A DNA stretch of 64,000 nucleotides from Lytechinus pictus (lineage: Eukaryota). The stretch covers positions 21,950,001 through 22,014,000 of the forward strand of contig NC_087251.1 in the NCBI RefSeq assembly GCF_037042905.1, read 5' to 3'. Positions 62,300 to 64,000 of the stretch are shown piece by piece (the stretch's first letter is position 1; the number at the start of each line of letters is the position of its first letter). The position numbers and the translations under genes are program-made. Under the pieces are notes generated by a model that was not told the DNA's origin, did not search any database, and saw only the letters and a list, made by a program, of their open reading frames with translations.

Positions 62300-64000
62300 C
62301 GTACAATTTTTCACAAGCATTGTGCATTTTTCCCTCCCTTATGAAAAATCATCCTTCACTTTTGATTTTTAATGCGACTTTTATAATTGCTTATACTCTT
62401 GACATTTTCTCTTCTAGCACCTCAAACTCTTAATGGGGAAGCAGTGATGAAAATGGCAGTGGGTTGAATAAGATGTGACCAATTCACTCAGAAAACACTT
62501 TGCATCTTACCAGATAGCTTGACCATTAGACAAAGTTTGTTACTATGGTGATGTTTAAACCTCCATTTCACAATATGTTTCTCTTTGAATTTCAAGAATC
62601 GTCTAAAGGCTAATGATATCAATGGCCGTTTTCACTGGCGCTAGCACCACTTTCTAAAAGGGCGGCAATGATGAAAGGAAATTAGATGATATTAGGGTTA
62701 AAGGTTTCAACAACTTCCCTAAGATTGGGTAATATTTTTGACTTTTTCTTGTTTTAATTACCGACAAAGAAAACAAACACGAAGGGGCTTTATAAATCAG
62801 TGTTGAACTATAACAATAATGCAATAATGTTTGCAATTGATATTGTAGGAGTATGGAGTTTGAACATTGGTATCGATATCTGCCGTATAATGGTTTGAAT
62901 CAATTTTTTCATGCAATCTACTTATAGGGTGTATACTAGTAAGTCATATTTTAGATCAATCTGATATTATTTTTTTATTTTTTTATTAAGTTTGTTAATT
63001 GCTTGGTTTCATTTGGAGCTTGAAAGATGTATTTCTGATTTGTTTTTCATTGTGTCCTGATGGTAGTCCACCAATATAAACAAAGACTTTTCAATCCATT
63101 CAATAACTTTAGAAAACTGCTTCAATACTGTTTGTGATATTGCAGCTTGACAATTATTTTCTTTCGGTGTTTGCCCCTTTTGTATTTTCCCCTTCCCACT
63201 TCAATATTGTATTTTAGCTTCTTAATTTTGTTATGAGAATTTTATTGAGCTACACTTAGATTGTATTCCACTTCAACTTTTAGTATTATTTTACGTCATC
63301 TATATCATTTGTCTTGAAGAAAGGCTTGAAAACAATTACACCATTATAAAATAAGCAATAAACTATAATTCTGCACTTTGATGATGCGTTGAATGACCTT
63401 ATTGAATAACCTCATTTATTTTCCAATATTATTTTCCTTGGATTCAGCCAACTATGTGCTCTAATCCAGGAAATAATTGCAGCTGTTTACGTGCAAGCAG
63501 TAATGAATTTTAACCATTTACCTGTTTTATATCATCATTGTCAGGTGTGATGAGCTGTTGCCACGGTTATCTGATGTTAATTCACCTGACCCTATTCATG
63601 TCCGGTATTACTTCTGGGTAAATCAAAATAAAAAGTAAATGCTAATTCTGATGATACCAGTGTCTCAAAACTTTCTAACCTTGACCATTGGCTGTGATTT
63701 CCTGTTCTCATTTTTGCCTCCACACCACACTCATGCCTTATATGGACTTTGGTTGAATTGATGTCATTAGTCCAGTTTCTACAATGACCACAAAATACCA
63801 ACCCAAATTGAAAATAATGGACAGGCCGTTTGTTGCTATGGTGATTTTATAGGTGTGTCTGTGTGGAATATGGTTACCTGGTATGCTGATGTATTGTCTT
63901 GTGTCTTCATATCTAACCCTCAAAATCACTCCTTTTGAGTTATTTGTTTTTCTTCATATATTGCATTTTTAAGTTCATTTTATCATTAATCTTAATGCAA

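Overview
AT-rich eukaryotic (animal) genomic DNA. The repeat families and the one recognisable gene point to an echinoderm such as a sea urchin; this is inference. The window is almost entirely non-coding and packed with non-autonomous transposons: PIF/Harbinger, Kolobok-type TTAA, Tc1/mariner, hAT and CACT-ended MITEs, three Helentron-associated (HINE/Tsp/pearl-like) elements, tRNA-derived SINEs and microsatellites, often nested. The only well-supported host gene is on the minus strand. It is a spliced, secreted neuropeptide precursor (main exon 52916-52512; signal peptide, acidic pro-region, RDRR furin site, 57-aa six-cysteine mature peptide) with an eclosion-hormone-like cysteine framework and two in-frame candidate first exons. 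One Harbinger element keeps the N-terminus of its transposase. The most unusual structures are a pair of divergent hairpin elements with a shared architecture and a strand-conserved GNA-triloop apex (9.3-10.1 kb and 44.4-45.0 kb), and a near-perfect 262-bp fold-back combined with an inverted-repeat-bounded segment flanked by 35-bp direct repeats (38.0-38.8 kb). Nearly all other ORFs in the supplied track look spurious. Coordinates were read by eye and may be off by a few bases.
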